64,000 bases of DNA from Podarcis muralis. Lineage: Eukaryota. Every line of letters begins with the position of its first letter. Position 1 is the stretch's first letter. The stretch is taken from positions 31,062,001 to 31,126,000 of the forward strand of contig NC_135657.1 in NCBI RefSeq assembly GCF_964188315.1. The letters are read 5' to 3'. Below, one piece after another: positions 26,394 to 38,651 of the stretch. The notes beneath the pieces are model-generated. The model searched no databases, had not been told where the DNA came from, and saw only the letters and a list, made by a program, of their open reading frames with translations. Made by a program: the position numbers and the translations under genes.

Positions 26394-27988
26394 TATATAA
26401 AATATATAAACAAAACGAATGCAAAGTATCCCAATTCCCATTCAACTTAGCTCCCCAAAAGCACCTCTCACAAAAAAATTACACCGCTTCTATAAATGTT
26501 TAGGTTTGGCTTTGGCAAATCTCTACAAAAAAAATTCTGTGTGGCAGACACTGAGCACCCCCCCCCCCCAATACCAATACCAATACTAGTTGAATGCAAT
26601 GCCTGGGTGCAATTTTAAATAAGTGCACTTCATTGATTTTAAAGGTTACTTAGGGATCTTGGTGTGAAGCCTTTTTAACTATACAGCAGTAAATAAACTT
26701 CATGGATAAAAATCAGGTTCCGTGGCTTAAATTCAGTCTGAAAAACAAATCAGTGCTGATGATGGAGTACTAGTGCAGTATGTTTCCAGCAATATGTTTC
26801 CTACCTATTCAGTAGGTACGGTAGTTAATACATTTTTGTACCACACATAGAGTATTTAACTGGAATAATCCATTTTGAAAAAAGGGTCCAGTGGAACTTG
26901 CATCTGTTATCTTGAAACTGCTGCCAAGAATTGTCTGTGAAAGCCATGTTTTCTTTTAAGCACGCCCACCATATATGGGGAAAGGTCCCTCTTTTCTTCG
27001 ATGGATATCCCATCTCTTAACATTGATATAGGTGAAGATGGTCCACATCTGTTTTTTAGTCTCTATTTGCTGTGGTGGTTGTAGGTTTGTTTTAATAGTG
27101 CACATGCAATGTTCCCAAGCATTTTAAGGTCTACAACATAAGAAGGGAGCTGCCACCATGTGCATCCCAGCTGGGTGCTTATTCCAATTCAGTGCACACA
27201 TTTTTAAAGTGCTGCTACTTGCTTGTATCATCCGGTTTCTTTTGCTTCCCCTTGCTTGCTCTAAACCTATCCTGCTTGTGGTCTATAGCTTGCAATTAGC
27301 ACCACTTAATAGCTGTTAAATAGGGTAATTGGCTGTTATCCTCACAGAGGTGTTCCTTTAGCAGCTGATATTTCTCAATGAGCCCCAGCTAACAGTCGTT
27401 CAGCTCTAAGAGGAAACCCAAAGTGAAATTCAATTATTTCCTTGCTCTGAAAATCATGGTTCCTTCCTGTCCTGTAAGGATTTTTCGTGGGCTGGGGGAT
27501 AAAATTTCACATTATCTGTTTTAGTAAGCAATGTAGAACAAATCACAGCAGATCACAGATTTCCACAGGGATATTTTGCAGACATTTTCACTTTCCAGAA
27601 AGAGATGATGAAGACTTAAAATGTCGTTCACTAATTGGCTTGTCCTCCTGCAGTGTTACCATATGTGAGTAGAAAGAGTGGAAATGCCAACTAAAAAAAT
27701 AGCTGAGGAAATTGATGGTCCATAGATGGTCTGAGGGAGGTTATTACTCATTTTCTGCTGACTCTTAAGATGGCATTCACATGCCTTCTTCAAGATTGGT
27801 TCAAGAAGCGGGTCTGGGCCTTATTGGGAAAGCTGGGTTTCATTCTCTTGGGATCTCATGATGGTAAAGAAGCTGGATTTATTTGCCACCATCACTGCTT
27901 TATGTTAGGTATGATTGTGTGTTCTTACCTGGGTTCAGTCATACACAGTACCAGATATGTGCCACTTGTGCTCCACTACTGTCTGACT

Positions 27989-28277
27989 CAGGCATAGGCA
28001 AACTCAGCCCTCCAGATGTTTTGGGACTTCAACTCCCATCATCCCTGACCACTGGTCCTGTTAGCTAGGGGTGATGGGTGGTTTAGACCAGTGTTTCCCA
28101 ACCTTGGGCCTCCAGCTGTTTTTGGACTACAACTCCCATCAACCCTAGCTAGCAAGACCAGTGGTCAGGGATGATGGGAATTGTAGTTCAAAAACAGCTG
28201 AAGGCCCAAGGTTGGGAAACACTGGTTTAGACCACAGCATCCCAAAACATCTGGAGGGCCAAGTTTGCTCATGCCTG
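27989..28277. mobile_element. Palindromic hAT MITE with a second hAT MITE (28089-28224) nested inside
   Basis: Outer CAGGCATAGGCAAAC / GTTTGCTCATGCCTG with TSD GTCTGACT/GCCTGACC; inner CAGTGTTTCCCAACC / GGTTGGGAAACACTG with perfect TSD GTTTAGAC. Confidence 0.9.
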
Positions 28278-28812
28278 GCCTGACCTATTTAATTGTTCAG
28301 AGCTCACCTGGGAACCAATCCTAAACTCAGTTCTTCACAGTTCTGAAAAAGTTGTGATTTGCTCAGTGGCAAACACCAGATCATGGCTATGATGTGCCAC
28401 ATGTGTTGGACCCTGAGGTACTGTGTATATAATCCTGAGCTTAACCAGATGAAGTGGTTCAGTATAGATACTAAATCATCCAACACTACTGTGTGTGTCT
28501 TCTCCAAGACCACCTTTGAGACTGGCTCTGCCAGCTCAGGTAGGAATGTTGTTGCGCACCCTAACACAAACCCGTACTTGTTTGAATGCCCACACCATAC
28601 CTCAGATTTTCTGGCTTGGAGTGACATACACATTTTTTTAAAAAAAAAATAATCCCTGCTCTTTTGTGCAGATCTGGTTTATTAGAAAACTTACATTCTA
28701 AAAATTATCTTTTAGAAAAAAAGCTATGCACACAACTGAACAAATACCTGTGTGTATGCTCACAACAGACCTCAGGTTTTTGGAATTTATGGTGAGTGGG
28801 GAGGTACTAATT

Positions 28813-29372
28813 AAGGGAAGGGATGCTGTGGTCTAAACCACTGAGCCTCTTGGGCTTGCCAATCAGAAGATCGGGCGGATTGAATTTGCTCTGTCCCAGC
28901 TCCTGCCAACCTAGCAGTTTGAAAGCATGCCAGTGCAAGTAGATAAATAGGTACTGTTGTGGTGGGAAGGTAAATAGCGTTTCCGTGCACTCTGGTTTCT
29001 GTCACGGTGTTCCGTTGCCTTGAGTACATCCCTTGTGAAACAACAACAAGCATCACCTTGGAGAAGACTTGGTGCTTCTCTGCACCTTTTCCAACAGGGA
29101 GTGGACAGCGTGGTATAATAGAGCAAGTGATAGGCAGGTGGGGAACACTGGCCCAGGGGGCTGAATGTGACCTTCAGAGTCCTCCATTAAACCATTGACA
29201 ATCACTCGTTTCTGTCACAGTGTTCCATTGCGCCAGAAGCGGTTTAGTCCTGCTGGCCACATGACCCGGAAATCTGTCTGTGGACAAACGCCGGCTCCCT
29301 CAGCCTGAAAGCGAGATGAGCGCCGCAACCCCATAGTCACCTTTGACTGAACTTAACCATCCAGGGATCCTT
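28813..29372 (+). mobile_element. Sauria SINE carrying a 189-bp internal insertion
   Basis: Same subfamily as 62262-62647; TACTAATT on both sides; interrupted at 29019-29207. Confidence 0.9.
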
Positions 29373-32300
29373 TACTAATTGAGGAGAGGGAACAACAACA
29401 ACCAGTGTGAAAATATCCCACTAACATCACCCACTAGCATGGATAAGAAATGTGGAGGTGTATGGACACAGCCCTAGGATTTGTTTGGTATAAATTTCCT
29501 TTGAAAGAACTTGCTTTGTAGGTACTATTAACACTGCTGCGTCTGCCACCATTATGATCACATTGTGTCTATTTTCTTTTGGTTGAGAGCATCTTCAGTA
29601 TGTTACATCTTTCACAGATGATAAATCATGGCAGTTTCACAGTACAGGGGCCAGGCAATGGTAATAACTTATCACCACTGAACTTTCCTTTTCCTTTATT
29701 GCATAGTTACAACCTTCTTAGCAAGAAAGATTAATTGTGGTCACAGATAAAAAGCGTTTAAATGGTGGTCATCTATCAAATGAAGTAACCCAACATTTAA
29801 GGTATTAGCAGTGATTGCAATAGATTTTAACAGATGGACTCCCCCACCCTTAAGACATCCTATTAAATTGTATTTAACATTCTATTACTCATTCCGAACT
29901 CTTCAGAAAATGGCAGGATGGAAATAAAAATCAGAGTATCAAAGAACACTATACAAGATAATAAAAACAGTCGTTTGGAGAGAGTATTTGACATTGCGGG
30001 ATACTAGATCCCTGCCCCTTTAAACCACTGCCGTGGGCTGATATGCTGTAGGCATGATAATAGTAAAAGACGACCCTTTGAGGAAGAAAAGAGAATTTTA
30101 AAAGTTATTTCATTAGAGGCCATTTTAAAGGCTTTCTAGCTAGATTACTTAAAATTGTATCATTTTGTACACTGCTCAGTTTTATTTGTGAGAAAGGCAA
30201 CCCCCTATTTACGTTGAGGTTGCGTTGCAAGGCACTGTGTGTTTAAGTGAAATTGTTTATATTTGAAGCACAATTTTAAAAGCCTGCAAGCATCCAGTTC
30301 TGCCTTACCGCACTCCACCCGTTTTGGTGATGATTTTGTGACGTTTTCAGGTCACTTCTAGGTTCAGCATGTGATGCCCATGTGTGCAGTCGTGCACATA
30401 TTGAACCCACATAAATGGGGTTTTTCCTGTATATAGGTTTGTTTCCGTCTGGCTTTTTTTGGTCTGATGTTTTCAAGTCACTTCTGGGTTTGGCGCCTTG
30501 TGCGATCGCGCATCAATCAGACACATGTCAGTTGGTTTTTGCCTGTATAATGTTTGAATTAGCTCTTAGAGGCAGGCTTCAGAGGTCTCTGAGAGAAAGA
30601 GGAGTCTGAAGATTAGCTTTTAAAAATGCTCTTTAATGCCCTCACCATTTGTCTGATGTGTGGAATATACTACTGGAAGGCCACTTGTGACAGACTGTAG
30701 GATTTGCTACACACAACACTTCCATGTGAGGCTAAGTCAGGTCATACATTGTTTATCCAAACATTAATGGTTGGCCAGCAGCCCAGGTTCCCTCATGCTG
30801 CTGTGTCTCAGACATAAACTAATGCTGTGCGCACTGCAATGTATGGAAATCTATATTGACATAACTGGGTAAGGGATCAGGCCCTGTCAGGCCTGAGCTC
30901 TAGGCAGTGGTCTGAGCTGACCCATGAGCCAAGAATTGCACCAGGAGATCAGAGTCAAGAGACAAAGCCAGCAGCTGAGACCAGTGTGTAAACTGGGACC
31001 AAAAGACAAACCAGGAAGGATTAAGGATCCAGTCAATAACCTTCCTGTTTGTCTACTCCACTGCTGTTTTGTTTACCATGTTCCCCTATCTCTCCTATCT
31101 AGTGAAACTAATAAGGTAGCCTTGCCAATTTTCACCAATGCCTGGTCCCTAGTATCTGGTGGAAACTGATAAAGTCAGGGCAAGTCATTGACCATTTCTT
31201 CAGCATTTCCCCTACTCTGCTTCTTCGAAAAGGCCTGAATAGTTGCACCAGCACAAGTATAAATAGTATAAATAGTAATACTTGAATTTAACACAACATT
31301 GAAACTAATGAGGCATCAATATAACGGACAAGTGTTTTTTCTAATTTCACAGAGTTCAGAGAGGGTTGACAGTGAGGGAAATAGCAGATGAGAGCAGCTT
31401 GGAAAAGGAGAGGAAACTGGGTAACACGCAACACATGTTAATTGTGGCCATACACACTGCAGCAGCACAAATGGATGCCTTCATCTGCTCCAGCTGCAAC
31501 AAACATGTCTTTCCTGCGTTGGGCAACAATTTGTCTTCACCCCCAAAGGTACACTCCTCCATTGCCTTTTTAGACAGACAGATGTCATCAACATACACAG
31601 AGAATGAATGAATGTGTGCATACAGAGAAAATTTTAAATGTGAAAAAATGCTTACAACGCAGGAAGGTTGGAGTGCAATTGCAAATTCACTTTTACTATC
31701 CATTACTACAACTGGCCAGTAATTGATTTCTGTCTTTCACGGACAACATGGGAAGAGGATATGGAACGCATTCTGCTTCAAATCTGTTCCTCAGGCTCTA
31801 ATACAGACTTCCCACACTATATTCTGTCTGTGGGTTAAATACTTTTTCTGTCTGTAGGCTAAATACTTAGTACTGAATTTTAAGTCTCTCTGATAGTCTT
31901 TTTATTGCTAAAGGCTGTGGTATAAGTGCCTCAAGTAAATAAATGCAAAGTTGGCATCCCATGTACATTATGCTAGAGTTTTGCAACTACAGTATAGATA
32001 CCAGTTCTGCTTTGGAATTTTGTTAAGGTCTCAAAAAGTCTTACTTTTTATTGAGAAAAGGAGTAATATTTAATTTCTGCCTTCTCCAGATATCCACCTC
32101 ATTCTTGTACAGGAAACTGTAAACGTTGAAAACTTCCTAATTATTCATTCTCAAGCACATGCACACACCAATGACTTGTCAGTCTCCCACACAAAGCACA
32201 GCAGATAATCTTGGATTTTCCCCCCAGGTACTTTTCAAATGGCTAAATAACTTCTTAGTACAAGTAGAGGAAGGCGTAGGCCGGTTCCAGGAATTCTCTT

Positions 32301-32488
32301 GCTCAGGATCCCAAGAATCATTGTCTTTCATCACCCAAATAGGCCTTGCCAGATGGTGTAGCAGAGTGTGAGATTTGTAGGTGTGGCTCATTTTCTGGCA
32401 AGGTGGTTTAAAGAACAACAACAACAACTTAGAATTATTATATCCAACAACTGAACAATCCTTTCTGTTTTCTTTTCCCTGTTCCCAG

Positions 32489-32601
32489 CTAGTATTGCCA
32501 GAATATTCGATCCATAGCCTTTTCTGTATAATGTTTCTGTGTGCTCAAGAATGGCTGACCCTTGGCTTGAATATTCCTCTGCTTTTCTATCACTTCTGGA
32601 G
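32489..32601 (+). CDS. CNIH3: CNIH3 coding exon 4 ([38 protein letters not shown])
   Basis: gttcccag|CTAGTA...TGGAG|gtaagt; 113 nt, phase 0/2; transmembrane segments of CNIH3. Confidence 0.98.
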
Positions 32602-32947
32602 GTAAGTCATATTCCTGCTTGGAAGTTCATTGTTTCCCTTGCTGCATCTGTCACTTCCAGAGAAGCTTAGATAGGCTAGTTTTAGCCTTTTGGCTTTAGT
32701 AATCCAGGAGGCTTTAAGGCAGACTGGATTCTCCTGATATTTCCCCCTTTTCTCTCCTTTAGAACAATAATTACACAAACAGTCTTGTAAAAGTTAAAAA
32801 TTTGCCCACTCGGAGTACTTGTTGAAGGTAACAGATACAGCAGCATTGTTCAGGCAGGCTTAAAATGGTAGTTAAATTACAAAGACATACTTAAGTCTAG
32901 CTTAAAATGGAGTCTGAGCTTGGAGCTCAGACTTAGATGTTCTACAT

Positions 32948-33203
32948 CAGGGGTAGGCAACCTAAGGCCCGTGGGCTGGATGTGGCCCAATCGCCTTCTC
33001 AGTCTGGCCCACGGACGGTCCAGGAATCAGCGTGTTTTTACATGAGTAGAATGTGTCCTTTTATTTGAAATGCATCTCTGGGTTATTTGTGGGGCTTGGG
33101 AATTCGTTCATTCCCCCCCCCCAAAAAAAAACAATTGTCCGGCCCACCACATGGTCTGAGGGACGGGGGACCGGCCCATGGCTGAAAAAGATTGCTGACC
33201 CTG
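32948..33203. mobile_element. hAT (Charlie-like) MITE in CNIH3 intron 4
   Basis: CAGGGGTAGGCAAC...TTGCTGACCCTG; perfect 8-bp TSD TTCTACAT. Confidence 0.9.
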
Positions 33204-33488
33204 TTCTACATTGTTGGCAGAGCAGAAAGAGGAAGAGACCGTGGCCTGGCAGGCAGGATATCTACGCCCTCTCCCTGTCAGGGCACAGGGGGCGTGTCTC
33301 TCACAGAGTCCTCTCTAGCAAATTTACAGGAAAACTCTGTCAGCTTCAGCTCCTATCATTTGCCTATCTAGTAAAACATGAATTGTTGGCTTGACTGCCT
33401 TTTAAGTATCCCACAGGCCCTAGCTTCTCATGACAAATGGCTTGTGTATAGGCTTTTCCTTCACCAGGTGTTTCCTTTTCTTTTTCAG

Positions 33489-33632
33489 GTATTTCCACTG
33501 TCCAGCAGACAGTACGGAGCTAGCATATGACCCTCCTGCAGTAATGAATGCAGACACCTTGATCTACTGCCAAAGAGAGGCCTGGTGTAAACTAGCTTTC
33601 TATCTCCTCTCCTTCTTCTACTATCTTTACTG
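33489..33632 (+). CDS. CNIH3: CNIH3 coding exon 5 ([47 protein letters not shown])
   Basis: tttttcag|GTATTTC...TACTG|gtaagc; 144 nt, phase 2/2; [16 protein letters not shown] cornichon motif. Confidence 0.98.
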
Positions 33633-34542
33633 GTAAGCTTGGTCTCACTTCCCTCAAGGAGAGTGGTAAAGACCTTAGAGGAAAGGTGGGCAAATCTTGG
33701 TGCTCCAGAAGTTGTTTGAGTACAGCTCTCATTGTCCATCCTGGAGGGCCACATCCCTGTCTTAGAGGGCGGATCTGGGGGGCCACTGATTTCCCCACAC
33801 CTGCTTTAGAGGGTAGAGCGATTGTGGGTGGACAGAGGGTAGAGAAGATCTATAGTTATTGCAACTAAGAACAGCACTTAACAAAGAACAGGCAGGGTAA
33901 TACTGTTTGCTGAGGCTTTCAGATTCTTTGTGCAAACCTCTGATACTCTATTAAGGTGTAGCGCAACAATAAATGAGTAATTATTTTGTGTAGCAGTCTA
34001 TACATTTTAACATTTTCTTCCTTCCCTGGTACATCTTGTACCAATTTCTGCTATTTTTTACATCTTGTACCAATTTCTGCTATTTCTACCCTATTTTTGA
34101 GTCATCGCAGAGTGACACACACAGAGTACTGTAAAACCACTGGGCACACCCAAGTGACCATAATGGAAGGAAGCTAGCAATTTTCAGGCTGTGTTTGTAA
34201 GCGAGGGATTTCCAGTACTTCGTGTACACACCAGTACTGATGGTGTGCTTCAGAATGAGAGATTTCCTCCCCCCACCCCAGCCGCCCATATAAGAGCTAA
34301 TGAAAGACCATTAGAACATGTGTTGCATCAAAGCTCCTTCTCTGAGGCAGCAGTGACCTTGATTGGCCCAAATGTACAACTTCCTAGCCAATTATTAATG
34401 ATGGTATTAGTTCATTTTCTTGGGCACATTTAGGATCTGGCCAATGAAGCTTCAAAGTGCCATAAAGGAAGTAGAGCAGTGTTTCTGAGGCTGCATACAC
34501 ACTCCCATTTAATCTGCATCCACCACTGGTTAGGGAAATGTT

Positions 34543-34648
34543 TTGTTGTTTAGTCGTTTAGTCGTGTCCGACTCTTCTTGACCCCATGGACCAGAGCACG
34601 CCAGGCACTCCTGTCTTCCACTGTCTCCCACAGTTTGGTCAAACTCAT
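34543..34648 (-). mobile_element. BovB (RTE) LINE 3' terminal fragment
   Basis: Reverse complement of ATGAGTTTGACCAAACT...GGGGTCA.GAAGAGTCGGACACGACTAAACGACTAAACAACAA; flanked by GGAAATGTT on both sides as TSD. Confidence 0.9.
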
Positions 34649-34699
34649 TCTAGGAAATGTTGTACACATGACCTTAGCCACAATCTATATCTATCCTGA

Positions 34700-34872
34700 C
34701 AAGGAGAAGGTGGCGACAGAGGACGAGATGGTTGGATAGTGTTTTCGAGGTTACCAGCATGAGTTTGACCAAACTGCGGGAGGTAGTGGAGGACAGAGGT
34801 GCCTGGCGTGCTCTGGTCCATGGGGTCACGAAGAGTCGGACACGACTAAACGACTAAACAACAAACAACAAC
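34700..34872 (+). mobile_element. BovB (RTE) LINE 3' terminal fragment
   Basis: GAGGACGAGATGGTTGGATAGTG...CATGGGGTCACGAAGAGTCGGACACGACTAAACGACTAAACAAC(AAC)n; TATCCTG on both sides as probable TSD. Confidence 0.92.
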
Positions 34873-36424
34873 ATATCCTGTATCTGCCCTGCTTGCTTCT
34901 CATGAAATACTGCATTTTGATGCATTTTCCCTCACCCAGCTAGCTCTGATCCAAATTGAGAAAATGAATAACCTAGTTAGGGTTTAAGATAGTAACGTGT
35001 ACACAGCCTAAGACGCTGCTTTTGCCCCTTAATCCATTGCACTGCCGCAGCCCTACCTTAGTTGTGTGCCACCAGACCTAACACACTTCTTTTGTGAGCT
35101 GTTAATACATCGGGATGTGTGCTCATGCTTCATTAACCTGGAGAAAGCTACCATGTATAAAAGCAGCAAAACACTTTTCTGGCAACAATACCTTTTATAG
35201 ATTATATAATCTGCCATTAACCTCTGCAGACTGTTTATAAGTAAAATCAATTTGGAAAGAGTACAGTGAATAAAGTAAACTGCTGACTGTTTTCTGAAAT
35301 GGGGACATAGGAGGGTGTTTGGCAATGCAAGGAGGACTGAATTCAAGGAACAGGAAGTGGAATGGCAGAACACTGCCCAGATTGCTAATAGGTTGAGAGA
35401 AGAACCATGTTACCTGTTGGAGAGACTGAACCAGAGGTGATGGCAACAGATCCATGTGTTCTAAACATGTATCTCCTCCAAACATATAGAAAAGAGAGAG
35501 CACAATCAGTTTTTAAACAGCAGGAGGAGTGAATGGTTGCAGAGCACAGGTTCCTTCCCTCCCCTGCCACACAATAAGTTATTTTCCACCTCAACCAGGC
35601 TGGTGTCCCTTTTGATGCTAAGACCAGACCTATCTCCTACTGAAACGTTCCTCTATGGACATATCTGAAGGTACGTGATTTAGCAATCTTGTGAAGCAAC
35701 TTGGGTCTGGGTTTGGTCAGTTGGGACGCCACCTCAGAACACCATGTATGTTGTCCTGAGCTTCAACTGTGATGTTTTGATATAAAATAGGGTTTTAAAA
35801 TGTATAAAAACAAAAAACTGCACACAGAGGTCTGCTCATGTCTAATTTGGCTACTGCTGGAGCATATCAGTGTGTTTCCTTAGAAGTGTTCTACAAAGCA
35901 ATAGTCTTTAATTAGGTGTGAGTTTGTGTGTATTTAAAAGGACTCCACTGTTTAGCTATGGCCAGAATTACATTATTTATGGCTCTTTTCCAAAGAAAAA
36001 AACCCCTCTCATTAATCTTCATTTTTCTTGCATCGCAAGGAAAAGGGCGGGGGAGGGGGAACATTTAAATAGAAATCCTACCCGTACTTCAGGGAATTGC
36101 TGGCAGAAATTTCAAAGATCAAACACACTATTGCAAAAGGTTTCTTCTTAGTATCAGACAAAGCAGAATTTCAGGCATGTCTTGGAAATCACTGGGGAAA
36201 CAGTAAAAATAAAAATATCCTGCATGTTTTCCCGTTCTCCTTGTAAATCCATCATAATTTGGATATAATATGAAGTTGCCAAAAAGGAGCAGGTTTCACA
36301 TACAGAGCAAGGAAGGCAATGGGACTTCAGGGTCAGCATAAGGGGAAAGGGTTAGGAAGCTAAACGAGGTGCTGCAATATTCAAAGGGATCTTTTCATAC
36401 TGAACCTTTTCTCTTTATATACAG

Positions 36425-36452
36425 CATGATCTACTCTTTAGTGACTTCCTAA
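36425..36452 (+). CDS. CNIH3: CNIH3 last coding exon ((C)MIYSLVTS*)
   Basis: ctttatatacag|C ATG ATC TAC TCT TTA GTG ACT TCC TAA; completes the TG of exon 5; matches mammalian CMIYTLVSS*. 133 aa from exons 2-6 plus the 27 aa expected from exon 1 gives the 160-aa length of CNIH3. Confidence 0.95.
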
Positions 36453-37413
36453 TTCAAAGAAGGCGTTAAAGACTGGAAACTACAAAGGGTAGAGATTAAA
36501 GACAAGCTGATCTGCAGTCACGCTTGCTATATGAAGCACCACAAAGAAATGGAAGCTTTGAACCCAACCACCATACTGGATGTAAAAAGGGGGGAAATCA
36601 TTAGAAGAAGTTTAAAAAATTGAAAGTAATAGATGGCTGAACAAACTGCTTCTCCTGCTTACCATTCTGTGTTTTACATCCTTTGGGATTTCCAATTCCC
36701 CAGCATGAACAAAACAAATACGACTATTGAATATGGCTTCATCTGCATGTGACGGGAGCAAAAGATTCTGTCATATGACTTTATCATAGAACTGCAACTC
36801 CCAAAAGGAGGAAGATTTGTTCCTTACCCCTTTTTCCACAGAGGGGCTAGTAACGCAAGATGGCTGCCTACAAAAACTGACCAAGGAGATTGCTGTGAAG
36901 TTTTGATGTGTGATTCTCTGCTCCCAGAGTATCATCAGTTGCTGGACACAAGCTGGGAAATACCTGGCTAAATTGCTCTTTGCCTGAAGAAGAAAAGATG
37001 CATCTTGTCAATTAGAACACATTGGCAGAAACATGTTCAAATTATGCACCCAGCCATTCTCACTTAAAGGCTTTTCTTGTGGTTGATCCTCCAGTGATTT
37101 ATACTAGCATGCCCAAGCAATGCTGAACCAATTCAGACACGGTAAAGTCAATAGTACTAGTCCGTTTTTTATGATGACACAATTATGTCAAGCATCCTAC
37201 ATAGTATAATATTTCCTCTACTGGAGGAAAAATACTAATAACACACAAGGAATGGTGTGGCAGAATGTTCTGCAATACAGACTGCAAAATGACCACATTA
37301 CTTTAGTCTGCAGTCTTGTCATGTGGTTTTAGGTGTATGGTGCAACAGAACCTGAAGTTAATGGGACTATTCACCCCCCACAAGCATATTGAATAGATGT
37401 TGTCGAGCATAGT

Positions 37414-37419
37414 AATAAA
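37414..37419 (+). promoter_or_regulatory. Candidate polyadenylation signal for the CNIH3 3' UTR
   Basis: AATAAA about 960 nt after the stop codon, followed by T-rich sequence. Other AATAAA hexamers exist further on, so usage is unproven. Confidence 0.3.
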
Positions 37420-38294
37420 TGGTGATTATTATTAATTTTTGTATACAAGATTTCTAATTTCATCTGAGATATCGTGCTAATTTGGTTGGCCATATGGGCT
37501 GTATGTGTCTGCTGTATGTCTGCTACATACACACATTTCTTATATATATTTTATTTATTTAACAAAATTTGAAGACTGCTTGATCGCTAAAACCTCTATG
37601 CACACATATTTTTTATGTGTCTCCAAGAGTGTAGACTTCATGCTATTGTCTTTAAAGTTGTAATCCCTAACACTTTACTAGGGAGTAAATCCCCCTGAAC
37701 TCAGTGGAACTTACTTCTAATATGCTTAAGGGTGCTTAAGATTTTAAATTTGTACTTCAGTTTTTTGAACTACAATTCTTTGGCATAAAATATAATCTAA
37801 TCTGTTACCCAAGATGTGCACCCTTACATTAAAAAATATACAATTAAGGTGGGTCAGAAAAAAGGGGCACCTTCTTCAGTCTTCTGCCTTGCACTGTTGC
37901 TGTGGCCAGTATGCCAAGCTAAAAATCTCAACAGGATGCTGCTGCCTGCCCTGAAAGGAAGGAGAGACTGCAGTAAATAACCTGGTGGTTGAAGTCTCTC
38001 TTTTGCCATGATTTCAGTGAAGAGGAGATAGACGAACAGCACAGTCCTATACATGTTTATTCAGAAGTATGCCCCAATGAGTTCAGTTGGTCTTACTCAG
38101 GTAAATGGGTATATGGTTGCAGCCTAAGGGTTTCAGTTGAGTGTTTATTGTGGGATCAATACTTCTCATGCATGCAGGTTTTATGCAGCATCCATAGTGT
38201 TAGTATCAAAAATCGCCCCCTGTCCTGTTTAATGTAGATTTCTGGGAGAAATTTGATTAAATGACCCATTTGTGGTATCTTAAAGGTCTGTTTG

Positions 38295-38651
38295 AGGGAC
38301 GCGGGTGGCGCTGTGGGTAAAACCTCAGCGCCTAGGACTTGCCGATCGCATGGTCGGCGGTTCAAATCCCCGCGGCGGGGTGCGCTCCCGTCGTTCGGTC
38401 CCAGCGCCTGCCAACCTAGCAGTTCGAAAGCACCCCCAGGTGCAAGTAGATAAATAGGGACCGCTTACCAGCGGGAAGGTAAACGGCGTTCCGTGTGTGC
38501 TGTGCTGGCTCGCCAGATGCAGCTTGTCACGCTGGCCACGTGACTCGGAAGTGTCTGTGGACAGCGCTGGCTCCCGGCCTATGGAGTGAGATGAGCGCAC
38601 AACCCTAGAGTCTGGCAAGACTGGCCCGTACGGGCAGGGGTACCTTTACCT
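38295..38651 (+). mobile_element. Sauria SINE (Squam1 type), full length
   Basis: tRNA-like head GGGACGCGGGTGGCGCTGTGG...GGTTCAAATCCC; (ACCTTT)n tail; perfect 15-bp TSD TTAAAGGTCTGTTTG. Confidence 0.95.

Noticed and set aside
38295-38400. tRNA genes in A/B-box-containing segments (also 15260-15335 and 59466-59540)
   Set aside because: They are SINE heads continuing into SINE bodies with tails (and TSDs where visible); no complete cloverleaf.
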